64,000 nucleotides of DNA from Longimicrobiales bacterium (GCA_965218295.1 CBDCKN010000013.1:320001-384000), one strand, 5' to 3'; numbered from the stretch's first letter, positions 19,393-30,294 are shown. Program-made: numbers and translations. Notes: generated from the letters alone by a model not told the origin.

Positions 19393-19487
19393 CTCCTCGT
19401 CGTTCCTACTCTGAGCCTCACAAGACCGGGGCACCCGCGCCGAAGGCGTGGGTCGCGCGACCCACTGTACTCCTTCAATGGGCCTCT
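19393..19487. mobile_element. Truncated family B element (right arm) carrying a nested hairpin module
   Basis: TCGTCGTTCCTACTCTGAGCCTC.CAAGACC and GCGCGACCCACTGTACTCC.TC are near-identical to 34278-34340. Confidence 0.75.
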
Positions 19488-19490
19488 GCG

Positions 19491-20772
19491 TCAGCCGATT
19501 TCCAGCGCCGCCTCCCGAACCGCCTCCAGGGTCTCGTCGATGACGTCCGGCGTGTGGGCGGTGGACAGGAAGCCGGCTTCGAACGGGGATGGAGCAAGAA
19601 ACACGCCTCGATCGAGGCACGCCCGGTGGAAGAGTCGGAACTTGTCGGTATCCGCGCCTTGAGCGTCCTCGAAGGAGTGGACGGACTCCTCACGGAAGAA
19701 GATACCCCACATGGACCCCACGGAGCTTCCGGTGGCCGGTATTCCCGCCTCCTTCAGGGCCGATACCACACCCCTGGCCAGGCGACTCGCGGCGGCCTCC
19801 AGGTCCCGGAAGGGGTCGTGGGTCTCGAGGTATGCGAGCTGGGAGACGCCGGCCGCCGTGGCCAGGGGATTCCCTGAAAGAGTCCCGGCCTGATAGACGG
19901 GTCCGGCGGGAGCCACCTGCTCCATGATGTCGCGGCGGCCCCCGAACGCGCCCACGGGTAGGCCACCACCGATGACCTTACCCAGCGTGGTCAGGTCCGG
20001 CGTGACGTCATATCGCTCCTGCGCCCCCCCCAACGCGACTCGGAAGCCGGTCATGACTTCGTCGAAGACGAGGAGGGCGCCGTGTCGCTCCGTGATCGAG
20101 CGCAACCCCTCGAGGAATCCGTCCAGCGGGGGATCAGACCCGAGTTTCCCACGACGGGCTCGACGAACACGCTGGAGATCTCTCCGCCTCGGGCCGCGAA
20201 GAGCTCCTCCACCGCGGCCAGGTCGTTGAAGGGCAGCACCGCCGTATGGGACGTCGCCGCCTCGGGAACGCCGGTGAGTCGGGGAGGCCCAGTGTTGCCA
20301 CGCCGCTCCCCGCGGCCACCAGGAAGGCGTCGGCGTGGCCGTGGTAGCATCCGGAGAACTTGAGGACGACGTCCCGTCCGGTGGCGGCCCTGGCCAGGCG
20401 CAGGGCGCTCATGGTGGCTTCCGTGCCACTGTTCACCAGGCGCACCATCTCGACCCCGGGCACCAGACGCACGATTCGCTCCGCAAGCTCGACTTCGGCG
20501 GCCGTCGGGGCTCCGTACGAGGTGCCGCGGTGGAGCTGGTCGGCCACCGCTTCCATGACCACGGGATGGGCGTGTCCCAGGATGAGGGGCCCCCAGCTCA
20601 GGACGTAGTCCGTGTAGCGACGGCCCTCGGTGTCGAACAGGTAGGGGCCCTCGCCGCGTTCCACGAAGAACGGCGTGCTCCCGACCGAGCGGAAGGACCG
20701 GACCGGAGAGTTCACCCCCCCGGGGATCAGCTCCTGGGCGCACTGCCAGAGCGTGTCGGAATCGCCCGTCAC
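19491..20772 (-). CDS. hemL: Glutamate-1-semialdehyde 2,1-aminomutase (two apparent -1 frameshifts at ~20272 and ~20130)
   Basis: [43 protein letters not shown] and [10 protein letters not shown] spread across three frames. Confidence 0.93.
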
Positions 20773-22247
20773 GACGACACGGACCGACCGATGAGGTCGT
20801 AGTCCAGGGCGTCCACGATGTCCACGGTGACGAACTCACCCGGCTTCAGTCCCGGGTCCGGGTGCAGGTGGGTGACGCCGTCCACGTCGATGGCCTGCCC
20901 CACCGTGCGCGCGACCCCGACCGGTCGACCCCGGGCGGCATCACCCAGGGGACCCGGATCGTCCACGACGTCGTCGATCAGCGTCTGCATCCGGCGCCCC
21001 ACGAGCTCTGCGTTCCGCCCTGCAGAGATCATGCGCTGAAGATCCATGACCTCCTCCAGTCTCTCTCGCATGAGGGAATCGGGTACTTGATCGGGCATCT
21101 CGGCGGCGGGGGTGCCATCTTCCACGGAGTACGTGAACGCTCCGACCCGATCGAAGCGGATCTCCTCCAGAAGATCCAGCATCTCCCGAAAGTCGTCGTC
21201 CCTCTCCCCGGGGAATCCGACGATGACGGTCGTGCGGAGGGTGAGGTCGGGGACCGCGTCCCGGAGCCATGCCACGCGCTCCCGGATGACGCTCCGGCGC
21301 TCCGGCCTCCTCATGGCCTTCAAGATGCGATCGCTGCCGTGCTGGAGCGGCATGTCCAGGTACGGGAGGATGGCCTCCTCCTCCGCCATGAGCTCCACGA
21401 CCTCGGGGGTGATGCCGGACGGATACATGTAGAAGAGGCGATACCAGGGCACGTCGGTGTCGTCGACGAGGGCTCGGAGGAGCTCCGGAAGGAGCGGAGC
21501 GGAACGGTCCTTGCGCCACCGATCGCGTCCGTACCACGTGGTGTCCTGGGAGATGATGTTGAGCTCCTTCACGCCCTGGCGGGCGAGGGCCTGCGCCTCG
21601 GCCACCAGCTCCTCCAGCGGGGCCGAACGGTGAAGCCCTCGAAAGCTCGGGATGGCACAGAACGCGCACGTGTGGTCGCACCCTTCGCTGATCTTCAGGA
21701 ACGACGTGTGCGGCGTCTCGGTCGACAGGATCCTGAGAGGTCGTTCCATGTTGGGAACGGCCTCGGGCACCTCGGCGAGGAGGCCGCGGTCGCGTAGCTC
21801 CGGCACCAGGGAGGCCATCTCCGTGAGACCGAGGAAGAGGTCCACCTCGGGGATCTCCGACTGGAGCTCCTCCTTGTAGCGTTGCACCATGCATCCCACG
21901 GCCACCACCGCCCGTATGCTGCCCTCCTCCTTGAGCTGGCACGCCTCCAGAATGGTCTCGATGGACTGCTCCTTGGCCGCCTCGATGAACCCGCACGTGT
22001 TCACCACCACCACGTCGGAGCCCTCCACGTCCGAGGAGACCCGGGCGCCGTGTCCCACGAGCGCGGCCATCATCTTCTCGGAGTCCACGGTGTTCTTGTC
22101 GCACCCGAGAGTCACCAGGCCGATGCGCGGTCCGTCCTCGGGACCGACGGGATCGATGTCCAGGCGGACCGCCTCGACATCCGGCGCCACATCGGTCCGT
22201 ATGGGGTCCGGCGACAGAGGGAAGACCGGGAGGTCCCTCGTCCTCAT
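20769..22247 (-). CDS. rimO: Ribosomal protein S12 methylthiotransferase RimO
   Basis: [31 protein letters not shown] and a TRAM domain; ATGA overlap with lolA. Confidence 0.95.
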   Translation of the reverse strand: MRTRDLPVFPLSPDPIRTDVAPDVEAVRLDIDPVGPEDGPRIGLVTLGCDKNTVDSEKMMAALVGHGARVSSDVEGSDVVVVNTCGFIEAAKEQSIETILEACQLKEEGSIRAVVAVGCMVQRYKEELQSEIPEVDLFLGLTEMASLVPELRDRGLLAEVPEAVPNMERPLRILSTETPHTSFLKISEGCDHTCAFCAIPSFRGLHRSAPLEELVAEAQALARQGVKELNIISQDTTWYGRDRWRKDRSAPLLPELLRALVDDTDVPWYRLFYMYPSGITPEVVELMAEEEAILPYLDMPLQHGSDRILKAMRRPERRSVIRERVAWLRDAVPDLTLRTTVIVGFPGERDDDFREMLDLLEEIRFDRVGAFTYSVEDGTPAAEMPDQVPDSLMRERLEEVMDLQRMISAGRNAELVGRRMQTLIDDVVDDPGPLGDAARGRPVGVARTVGQAIDVDGVTHLHPDPGLKPGEFVTVDIVDALDYDLIGRSVSS

Positions 22248-22987
22248 CGCGTCATCACCCGGGCGCCCGGCGGTGGCACGAAGCGGAACTCGTCGTCGGA
22301 CACCTCGACGTCCACCCGGATGTCCGTGAGGCGCACCCGCCGGATGGACTCGTTGGCGTCGTGGACGTCTACGCCCGTGATCAGGTCGCTCTCGGCATCG
22401 ATCCACACCACGGCCGAACGGAATCCCGCCGACTCCCGCGGGGTGACAGTGAGCTTGTGAGACGGCCTCCCGTCCATCTCCTCGATTCCCTGGTAGGTGG
22501 CCTCGAACCGGCCTCGCGGGTCCTCGAGGAGGTTCTTGAAGAAGTTGAAGCGACCTTCGGCACCCGTGGCCGCGAAGCGGAGGACCTGCTTGGCGTCCAT
22601 GCTCGGATAGAAGGTCCACAGGAACTCGCCGTCCACGACCACCAGGTCCCCCTCGGGGTCGCTGAACCTCATGGAGAACTCGCTGGGCTGGCGCTCGCAG
22701 ATCGTGCCCTCGCCGGACCGGGTCTTTCCGAGAAGCGTGACCTCGATCTCCTGGTGGAAGCGGGCACAGAGCGTCTCCAGCCCCCAGTAGCGCTCTGCCG
22801 CGGCCTCCAGGACCTCGTAGGCCCGCTCGTCCTGGGCGGGAAGCCCGACCGGCGCCGCGGCACCGACGGCCCCCCCCACGAGGAGCACGGGCAGGATGAT
22901 GTGCACGCGGTCTCGGCATCGGGCGGGACGATGGAGACGTGGTGAGAGGCGTGGCTTCGTCATGCGCCGTCCATACCCGTTGGGCAT
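22244..22987 (-). CDS. lolA: Outer-membrane lipoprotein carrier LolA
   Basis: ARFHQ..GTI..P..F....P....VVDG..LWTFYP, C-terminal FRFVPPPGA; downstream of ftsK. Start uncertain. Confidence 0.85.
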   Translation of the reverse strand: MPNGYGRRMTKPRLSPRLHRPARCRDRVHIILPVLLVGGAVGAAAPVGLPAQDERAYEVLEAAAERYWGLETLCARFHQEIEVTLLGKTRSGEGTICERQPSEFSMRFSDPEGDLVVVDGEFLWTFYPSMDAKQVLRFAATGAEGRFNFFKNLLEDPRGRFEATYQGIEEMDGRPSHKLTVTPRESAGFRSAVVWIDAESDLITGVDVHDANESIRRVRLTDIRVDVEVSDDEFRFVPPPGARVMTR

Positions 22988-23008
22988 CGGGGCCGTTCCT
23001 GGAGGCCT

Positions 23009-25333
23009 CTAGATCCCTTGGCTCGAGCAGATAGCGTCGAGCTCGTCGAGACCCACGAGGACCTCCCTCGCCTTGGAGCCCTCGGACGGTCCCAGGATCC
23101 CCGCGTCGTGAAGCTGATCCACGATCCTCGCAGCCCGGCCATAGCCGATCTTCAGGCGGCGCTGGAGGAGTGACGTGGAGCCCTGGTCATGCTGGATGCA
23201 CACCTCGCCGGCCGCCCGGAAGAGCTCGTCCCAATCCGACGGTCCGTCCCCCTCCACGGCCGACTCGGCGGCCTCCTCCAGCTCGTGGCTCCGGATCTGC
23301 TCGAGGACGTCCGACTCGTCCTCCCGCACGGCTTCGTCGAAGACCCGATTCCGAAGCTCCACCTGGTCCCGGTACCAGCGCATCATGCGATCCGTCTCGG
23401 GTGTGGATATGTAGGCTCCCTGGATGCGCACGGGCTCGTTGCTCCCCGGCGGCAGGAACAGCATGTCGCCGTTGCCGAGCAGGGCGTCCGCGCCGTTCTG
23501 GTCCAGAATCGTCCGGGAGTCCGTCTTGGATGCGACGCGGAAGGCGATCCGGGAGGGGAAGTTCGCCTTGATCAGGCCCGTGATGACGTTCACGCTGGGC
23601 CTCTGGGTCGCCACGATGAGGTGGATGCCGATGGCCCGGCCCTTCTGGGCTAGGGTCGTGAGCGGCTTCTCCACCTCGCTCTGGACGGTCATCATGAGGT
23701 CCGCAAGCTCGTCCACCACCACCACCACGTAGGGAAGCACCCCCTCCTGGTAGACCCAGCGGTCCGGGTCCTCCTCGGCTCCCCGGGCCTCGAAGCGCCG
23801 AAGGGTCACGCCCTCCCGGGCCCGCCCGTTGAACTCGCCGATAGAGCGCACGCCGTTCGCGCTCAGGAGACCGTAGCGGCGCTCCATCTCCAGAACGGCC
23901 CACTTGAGGAGCCCGGCCGCGTTCCGGGGGTCGGTGACCACCCTGTGGCGGAGATGCGGGAGCATCTTGTAGGTGGAGAGCTCCACCATCTTGGGGTCGA
24001 CCATGAGCAGCCGGAGCGTCTCCGGCGTGTGCCGGTAGACCAGGCTCGTAATGATGGTGTTAATGCAGATGGACTTGCCCGAGCCTGTGGTGCCCGCGAT
24101 GAGGACGTGGGGCATCTCGCACAGATCCGCCACGTAGGGCCTTCCGTTGAGGTCCTTGCCCAGGGCCACCGGCAGCTCGGCCCGGCTATTCCGGTAGGCC
24201 GGGGAATCCAGGATCTCCCGGAGCCGGACCACCTCGGGTTCGGGATTGGGGATCTCCACCCCCACGGCCCCCCTCCCCGGGATGGGCGCCACGATCCGGA
24301 TGCTTTTGGCCTTCATGGCCAGCGCGAGGTCGGCGTCGAGATTGGCGATCTTGTTGACCTTTACGCCCGGAGCTGGGATCACCTCGTACTGCGTGACCAC
24401 CGGACCCGTAGTCCGACCGCCGAGCTCGCTCTCGACGCTGAACGTCCGGAGCTTCTCCACCAGGACCTCGCCCAGGACGTCCAGCTCACGCTCCATGTCG
24501 CCCCGATCCTCGTCGTCTCTCGTGGTCATGAATTCCATGGGCGGGAGTCCCGTCTCGCTGAGCTCTCCCTTGGGGAGGGGGTCAGGCAAGACCTCGGCCG
24601 ACCCCTCGAGAGGCTCGTCGACGCCCTCGCCCTCCGGCCCGGACGCGGCCTCCTCGGCTGGCTCATCGCCGAATGCCTCACCCTCCAGATCGTCGTCGCT
24701 CGCCTCCTCTCCCTCCAAGAGCTCCATGGGCGGTGTCCGGTCGAGCCGCTCACGAGCGCGCTCGTCCCACCGGGCTTTGAGGCCCTCACCCCAGGACACG
24801 AGCGTGCCGGCACCCCGCGCCATGACGCCGCTCCCCTGGGCCATCCCGTAGGCCAAGGAGCGGAGCGGATTCCATCCCAGCGTGCCCACCGACAGCACGA
24901 CCAGGAGGAGCGTCAGGAAGAGGACCGCCCCCAGGAACCCCAGGGCCGTGGAGAGGGGTGGGCCTGCGAAGGTCCCCCAGCCGCCCACCGTCTCCTGCTC
25001 CTGGCCCAGCACCTGGAGTCCAACGGGAAGGATGAGCATGAGGCCCGAGGACAGGATCACCAGACGCGTGGTCCACCCCGGCGACAGCCAATCCCCCGCC
25101 CTCACACCCGCGATCAGGAGAAGGATCGGAACGAAGAACGCGGCGCCACCGAGCAGGCCGCCGAGGGCGTGCTGAGTCGTGCCCCCCACGAGGCCCATCA
25201 TGTTCCCCGAGGGGAACCACAGGGCCAGGCGGGGACCGAGGGCCACCACGGGCATCAGGGCCGCGACAATAAAGAGCGCCAGTGCCAGAAGCCCTGCCGC
25301 CAGGATGTCCCGTTGCTGCCCCCGCGACAACAT
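23009..25333 (-). CDS. ftsK: DNA translocase FtsK
   Basis: N-terminal TM segments, GTTGSGKS, DELADLM, ATQRPS, gamma domain LQRRLKIGYGRAAR. Confidence 0.97.
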   Translation of the reverse strand: MLSRGQQRDILAAGLLALALFIVAALMPVVALGPRLALWFPSGNMMGLVGGTTQHALGGLLGGAAFFVPILLLIAGVRAGDWLSPGWTTRLVILSSGLMLILPVGLQVLGQEQETVGGWGTFAGPPLSTALGFLGAVLFLTLLLVVLSVGTLGWNPLRSLAYGMAQGSGVMARGAGTLVSWGEGLKARWDERARERLDRTPPMELLEGEEASDDDLEGEAFGDEPAEEAASGPEGEGVDEPLEGSAEVLPDPLPKGELSETGLPPMEFMTTRDDEDRGDMERELDVLGEVLVEKLRTFSVESELGGRTTGPVVTQYEVIPAPGVKVNKIANLDADLALAMKAKSIRIVAPIPGRGAVGVEIPNPEPEVVRLREILDSPAYRNSRAELPVALGKDLNGRPYVADLCEMPHVLIAGTTGSGKSICINTIITSLVYRHTPETLRLLMVDPKMVELSTYKMLPHLRHRVVTDPRNAAGLLKWAVLEMERRYGLLSANGVRSIGEFNGRAREGVTLRRFEARGAEEDPDRWVYQEGVLPYVVVVVDELADLMMTVQSEVEKPLTTLAQKGRAIGIHLIVATQRPSVNVITGLIKANFPSRIAFRVASKTDSRTILDQNGADALLGNGDMLFLPPGSNEPVRIQGAYISTPETDRMMRWYRDQVELRNRVFDEAVREDESDVLEQIRSHELEEAAESAVEGDGPSDWDELFRAAGEVCIQHDQGSTSLLQRRLKIGYGRAARIVDQLHDAGILGPSEGSKAREVLVGLDELDAICSSQGI

Positions 25334-26082
25334 CAGCGGCTCGCCTCGGGGGCCCTCGGGCTCATGGAGGGAACGTGGATCACCCGCTCCTCCATTTCGG
25401 GAACGACGGCGTAGCGGTCCACCTGGGCGCAGAATCTCAAGTCGTCGCGGAACCCGATCTCGATGAGACTCTTGCCGGCGTCGGTCATGGCGAGGAAGTC
25501 GGCACCGACGCGGAACCTGTGTGAGAGCTCCAGGGCGGCGTACCCTGCATCGTTGAGCTCGATCTCCCGGTCGTGCTGTTCGCGAAGGCTATTGAGGAGG
25601 GTGCCCGCGCAGACCGCGTCATCCACGGAGAACCTGCCCTCCCTGCCAGCGCAAACCACCACCAACCGCTCCACTGCGGCCACCGCGTCGACGACGCCGC
25701 CGAGGTTCAGGAAGCAACATGCCAATACGCGATGGGCGTCTTCGGCCATCAGAAACGCCCGGGTCCCGTTGGTCGTGCTCATGACCAATCGCTTGTCCGC
25801 CACACGCTCCGCGACGAACTCACGGGGGGAATTCCCGAGATCGAACCCCTCGATCATGAGGCCCTTGGACTCACCACAGAGAAGTGTGTCCTCCGGGCTC
25901 AGGGAGGACGCCAGCCTGATGGCGTCCTCCCTGGACGAAGCGGGATACACGCCACGAGCCCCGTTCACCAGGGCCTCCACCATGGTGCTCGTGGCTCTCA
26001 GAACGTCGATGACCACGACGGTGCACTCCGCCATGTCGAGCGCCGCGGGCTCTCCGGCCTGGAAGAATAGATCGACCCTCAT
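25333..26082 (-). CDS. comB: 2-phosphosulfolactate phosphatase family protein
   Basis: VVIDVLRATST, GFDLGNSP, STTNGT, DDAVCAG. Confidence 0.9.
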   Translation of the reverse strand: MRVDLFFQAGEPAALDMAECTVVVIDVLRATSTMVEALVNGARGVYPASSREDAIRLASSLSPEDTLLCGESKGLMIEGFDLGNSPREFVAERVADKRLVMSTTNGTRAFLMAEDAHRVLACCFLNLGGVVDAVAAVERLVVVCAGREGRFSVDDAVCAGTLLNSLREQHDREIELNDAGYAALELSHRFRVGADFLAMTDAGKSLIEIGFRDDLRFCAQVDRYAVVPEMEERVIHVPSMSPRAPEASR

Positions 26083-27438
26083 CCCTGGCTCGATCGTTCG
26101 CTGAGGAATCGGTCCACGAATCCGGTGTCCACGTTCCCAGAGACGAAGTGCTCGTCCCGGGTGATCTCGGAGAGAAACGGAATGGTGGTCGTGATCCCCT
26201 CGATGACGAAGGACTCGAGCACGTGCCGCGCCCTCACGACGGCCTCCTCACGGTTGTTCCCGTGCACGATGAGCTTGGCCAGAAGAGAGTCGTAGTAGGG
26301 CGGCACCTGGTATCCACTGTAGATGTGGGTGTCGAGCCTCACTCCGGGCCCACCGGGTGGGTGGAAGGTGTGGATCGGCCCGGGCGAGGGCGCAAAGTTC
26401 CGCTCGGCGTCCTCGGCGTTCACCCGAAACTCGATGGCGTGCCCACGCAGGGTCACGTCCTCACACGGGAAGGTGAGCGGCTCGCCCGCCGCCACCCGGA
26501 TCTGCTCCTTCACCAGGTCCAGCCCGGTGGTCACCTCGGTAACGGGATGCTCCACCTGGATCCGGGTGTTCATCTCGATGAAGTAGAACGAGCCGTCGGC
26601 GTCCAGCAGGAACTCCACCGTCCCGGCCCCTACATAGCCGATCCCCTTCGCCGCCAGCACGGCAATTTCTCCCATCTGCCCGCGCATCTCCGGAGTGAGG
26701 GCAAGTGAGGGCGCCTCTTCGATGAGCTTCTGATGCCTGCGCTGGATGGAGCAGTCGCGCTCGCCGAGATGGACGACACGGCCGTGCTGATCCCCGAAGA
26801 TCTGGAACTCGATGTGCCGCGGCCGGACGATGCACCTCTCGAGGTAGATGGTGTCGTCACCGAAGGCGGCCTGGGCTTCCGTCTGAGCGGCCTGGAGAAG
26901 GCGTCCGAAGCTCTTCGCATCCGGGGCGATGCGCATCCCCTTCCCCCCACCGCCCGCCGAAGCCTTGATCATCACGGGGAAGCCGATCTCGTCGGCGATA
27001 CGCGCCGCCTCGGCGGGATCGGACACCACTCCGTCCGACCCGGGGGACCGTGGGAACGCCGAGCTCGTCCATGGTGCAGCGGGCGGTCGCCTTGTCGCCC
27101 ATGGACCGGATCTGGTCCGGTGTGGGCCCGATGAAGACGATGTCGGAGCGCTGGCAGATCTCGCTAAACTCGGCGTTCTCGGCCAGGAATCCGTAGCCGG
27201 GGTGGATGGCCTCGGCCCCCGTCACCTCTGCGGCCGCGATGATCTGCGGGACGTTGAGGTAGCTCTGCGCCGCGAGAGCCGGCCCAATGCAGACGTCCTC
27301 GTCGGCGAAGCGTACGTGGAGCGACTCCCGGTCCGCTTCGGAGTACACCGCCACGGCCTTCACGCCGAGCTCGTGACAGGCCCGGATGATCCGGAGAGCG
27401 ATCTCCCCTCGGTTGGCGATCAGGACCCTCTTGAACAC
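26079..27438 (-). CDS. accC: Acetyl-CoA carboxylase biotin carboxylase (apparent +1 frameshift at G-run 27042-27046)
   Basis: [44 protein letters not shown]. Confidence 0.96.
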
Positions 27439-27476
27439 TCAGCTACACCGCCCTGTGCCGATAGGAGAAGCCCGGC

Positions 27477-27977
27477 TCACGAAGGGGAGAGGCGGAACAG
27501 TACCTGCCCGAACTCTACCGGCTCCGCATTCTCGGCGCAGATCTCCTGGATCACCCCCGACACCTCCGACTCCAGCTCGTTCATGAGCTTCATGGCTTCG
27601 ATGATGCAGAGCGCGTCACCGGGGCTCACGCGGCGACCTACCTCGGCATAGGGCGGGGCATCCGGAGCGGGTGCGCGGAAGAAGGTGCCCACCATGGGAG
27701 ACTTGATCTCGAAGAGGTCCGATGCCGGTGGCGCCGCCTCAGGCTGACCATCCGTGGCAGCCACGAGAGCCGAAGCGACCGGCTCGGTCTCGGCGGCCGC
27801 AGGGGCCGCTACCGGCGGTGGTGGCGTCACGTGGTTCATTGGGGTGGCCACGACGACATCTGCCCCAGACGTCTTGGCCAGCCTGATGCGCGTGCCACCT
27901 CGCTCGATCTCGATGTAATCGAGGCCGCTGGCGTCGATGGCCTCGATGAGGCTCTGGAGGAAATCCAGATCGATCAT
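27477..27977 (-). CDS. accB: Biotin carboxyl carrier protein
   Basis: SPMVGTF and EAMKLMNE biotinyl motif. Confidence 0.97.
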   Translation of the reverse strand: MIDLDFLQSLIEAIDASGLDYIEIERGGTRIRLAKTSGADVVVATPMNHVTPPPPVAAPAAAETEPVASALVAATDGQPEAAPPASDLFEIKSPMVGTFFRAPAPDAPPYAEVGRRVSPGDALCIIEAMKLMNELESEVSGVIQEICAENAEPVEFGQVLFRLSPS

Positions 27978-28540
27978 GAAGAGACCCGAGTCAGATATTT
28001 GTCCTCGCGGCGGTCCACCTTGAGCACGTCCCCCTCTTCGATGAAAAGCGGTACCTGAACCACCGCCCCGGTCTCAAGCGTCGCGGGCTTGGTACCGCCC
28101 TGGGCCGTGTCACCCCGGACCCCGGGATCGGTCTCGGTCACAGTCAGCTCGACGAACTGGGGGAGCTCCACGCTGAGGACGTTCCCGTCGTGGACGAGCC
28201 CCTCACACTCCATGTTCTCTTTCAGGTACTTGAGCTGATCCCCTCCCAGGAGTTCGCCCGAGATGGGGATCATATCGTACGTCTGTTGGTCCATGAAGTG
28301 GTAGAGCTGGCCATCGGAGTAGCTGTAGGTGACGGGGCGGCGCTCGAGCCGGACGTCGATCACCTTCTCCCCCGCCCGATACGTCTTGTCGACAACGGCC
28401 CCCGTCAGGACGTTCTTGAGCTTCGTCCTCACGAACGCTCCACCCTTGCCGGGCTTTACATGCTGAAAATAAGCGATGGCCCAGAGTTGCCCGTCGATGT
28501 CCAAAACCATGCCGTTGCGAAAATCAGCAGTCGAAGCCAT
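27974..28540 (-). CDS. efp: Elongation factor P
   Basis: HVKPGKGGAFVR and KPATLETG. Confidence 0.98.
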   Translation of the reverse strand: MASTADFRNGMVLDIDGQLWAIAYFQHVKPGKGGAFVRTKLKNVLTGAVVDKTYRAGEKVIDVRLERRPVTYSYSDGQLYHFMDQQTYDMIPISGELLGGDQLKYLKENMECEGLVHDGNVLSVELPQFVELTVTETDPGVRGDTAQGGTKPATLETGAVVQVPLFIEEGDVLKVDRREDKYLTRVSS

Positions 28541-28572
28541 GACGCCTTGTCAGTCGATGGAACCCGCCGGAG

Positions 28573-29010
28573 CTACCGGCCGGCGATGTGGGCCACAAGG
28601 CCCCTGAGCGCTAGAAGATAGCTCTGCGATCCAAATCCAAGAACAACCCCCACGGCCACGGGGGCAAGGAATGAATGACGGCGAAATCTCTCTCGACCGG
28701 CCGTGTTGGAGAGGTGAACTTCCACGAAGGGCAGTCCGACACCCACGAGCCCGTCTCGCAACGCCACGCTGGTATGGGTCAGGCCACCCGGATTCACAAG
28801 AAAGCCGTCGACCCGACCGGCGGCCTCCTCAAGGAAGTCGAGAATGTCACCCTCCGAGTTGGACTGGAAGGTCTCGACCTCTACGCCCAGTTCCTCACCT
28901 AGGGATTGGGCAGCTCCATTGATGTCGTCCAAGCTGTCGGTGCCGTAGACGTCGGGCTCTCTCCGGCCGAGGAGGCGAAGGTTGGGTCCATGTATGATCG
29001 CGATCCGCAC
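28573..29010 (-). CDS. aroQ: Type II 3-dehydroquinate dehydratase
   Basis: HGPNLRLLGRREPDVYG, QSNSEG, NPGGLTHTS, EVHLSN. Confidence 0.96.
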   Translation of the reverse strand: MRIAIIHGPNLRLLGRREPDVYGTDSLDDINGAAQSLGEELGVEVETFQSNSEGDILDFLEEAAGRVDGFLVNPGGLTHTSVALRDGLVGVGLPFVEVHLSNTAGRERFRRHSFLAPVAVGVVLGFGSQSYLLALRGLVAHIAGR

Positions 29011-29031
29011 GGCGTTTCCTCCTAGAGGCCT

Positions 29032-30294
29032 CTAAAGCCGGTTCAGCCACGGGAACGGATCGTCGGGCTCGCCATCGGAGGGTCCGTCCGGAGCGAGGGA
29101 CTCGATGGGAACCACCGGACGATCGTCGTGAACGGAGGACGCATCCCCCGTCGCCAGGGATCCAACCGGCTCCAGATCGGCTACCGGTGGCTCCACCACC
29201 AGAGGCTCCGGATCCGGCGCGAGGTCCTCCACGGGAACCGCCGGCTCGGCTGCAACGGCCTCCGCCGGGTCCGGGTCCGGAGCCAAGGACTCGATGGGAA
29301 CCACCCGACGGTCGTCCGCGGCCGCCGCTTCCTCCTGTATCGCGACCGGCGCCTCGTCCATGGCAACAGGTGCTTCGGCGACCACCGGCTCCGGGTCAGG
29401 CGCCAGGGATTCGATGGGGACTAGGGGAGGATCGTCGGCTAGTTCTGTGTCGATACGCCAGGTCAGCTCGGCCACGCGGTGAAGGAATATCCCATTGTCG
29501 GGATCATCGGCCAGGAGCTTCCGGTAGACCTCCACCGCCTTGTCCACGGCGCCTTGCTTCGCGTAAAGCTCGGCTAGCGTCTGGGTGTAGATCTCCCCTT
29601 CATCCTCGGCCACGACCTCGTCCGGGGGCTCCACCTCCACGACAGGCTCCTCGAGCGCGACCTCGTCCGGGGGCTCCACCTCCACGACAGGCTCCTCGGC
29701 CACGTCCTCGGCCGGGGGCTCCACCTCCACGACAGGCTCCTCGAGCGCGACCTCGTCCGGGGCCGACACCTCCGCCGTCTCCAGCGGCGCCGCATCCTCC
29801 ACCGGAACCGCCTCCGCAAGCGCCTCCTCCACCACCGGCTCCTCCGGCGCCACCGCCTCGGTTCCGGCGGCCGTAGACGCTTCCGCCACCTCGGCCTGGA
29901 AGCTCTCCAGCGCAGCAAGCACCTCCGGATCGTCGGGCTCTAGCTCGACCAGCCTCTCCAAGTACGTCAGTCCCCGACTGGAATCTTCCACCAGCTCGGC
30001 CAGGGAGCGCAGAGCCACCCCGTTCTCGGCATCGAGCTCCAGGACTCGCTCCAACGCGCGGATCGCGCTGTCGTCCTCCCCCCGATCCCGGTACAGCCAC
30101 CCCGCCACCACGTGACCCGAAGCGGAATCGGGGTGGGCAACCAGTCCCTCCTGAAGCACGCTGAGAGCCCGGTCCAACTCGCCCAGCCGACGGTGAGCGT
30201 CGGCCAGGGGCACGAAGGCGCGACCGGTAGGATCCTTCTCGGAAAAGAAGATCTCCTGAAGCCGATCGATCTGCTGATTCAGCGGTTCGGGCAC
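29032..30294 (-). CDS. Tetratricopeptide-repeat protein with acidic repeat linker
   Basis: N-terminal TPRs (FVPLADAHRRLG), internal YTQTLAELYAKQG TPR; GTG start at 30294 after GGGGAG. Confidence 0.8.
   Translation of the reverse strand: MPEPLNQQIDRLQEIFFSEKDPTGRAFVPLADAHRRLGELDRALSVLQEGLVAHPDSASGHVVAGWLYRDRGEDDSAIRALERVLELDAENGVALRSLAELVEDSSRGLTYLERLVELEPDDPEVLAALESFQAEVAEASTAAGTEAVAPEEPVVEEALAEAVPVEDAAPLETAEVSAPDEVALEEPVVEVEPPAEDVAEEPVVEVEPPDEVALEEPVVEVEPPDEVVAEDEGEIYTQTLAELYAKQGAVDKAVEVYRKLLADDPDNGIFLHRVAELTWRIDTELADDPPLVPIESLAPDPEPVVAEAPVAMDEAPVAIQEEAAAADDRRVVPIESLAPDPDPAEAVAAEPAVPVEDLAPDPEPLVVEPPVADLEPVGSLATGDASSVHDDRPVVPIESLAPDGPSDGEPDDPFPWLNRL
29604..29762 (-). repeat. 45-nt coding tandem repeat (~3.5 copies; PDEVALEEPVVEVEP)
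   Basis: Direct repeats with period 45 starting at 29613, 29658, 29703 and 29748. Confidence 0.9.

Noticed and set aside
25333..26082. comB as evidence of coenzyme M biosynthesis
   Set aside because: ComB-family phosphatases are widespread in bacteria and no comA/comC/comDE genes are present.
20128..27046. Programmed ribosomal frameshifting or phase variation in hemL, accC and lnt
   Set aside because: The runs are only 4-6 nt, there are no slippery heptamers or stimulatory structures, and indels go in both directions; sequencing error is more parsimonious.
29604..29762. Tandem repeats here and at 51166-51227 as possible CRISPR arrays
   Set aside because: They are in-frame coding repeats with no unique spacers, and there are no cas genes.
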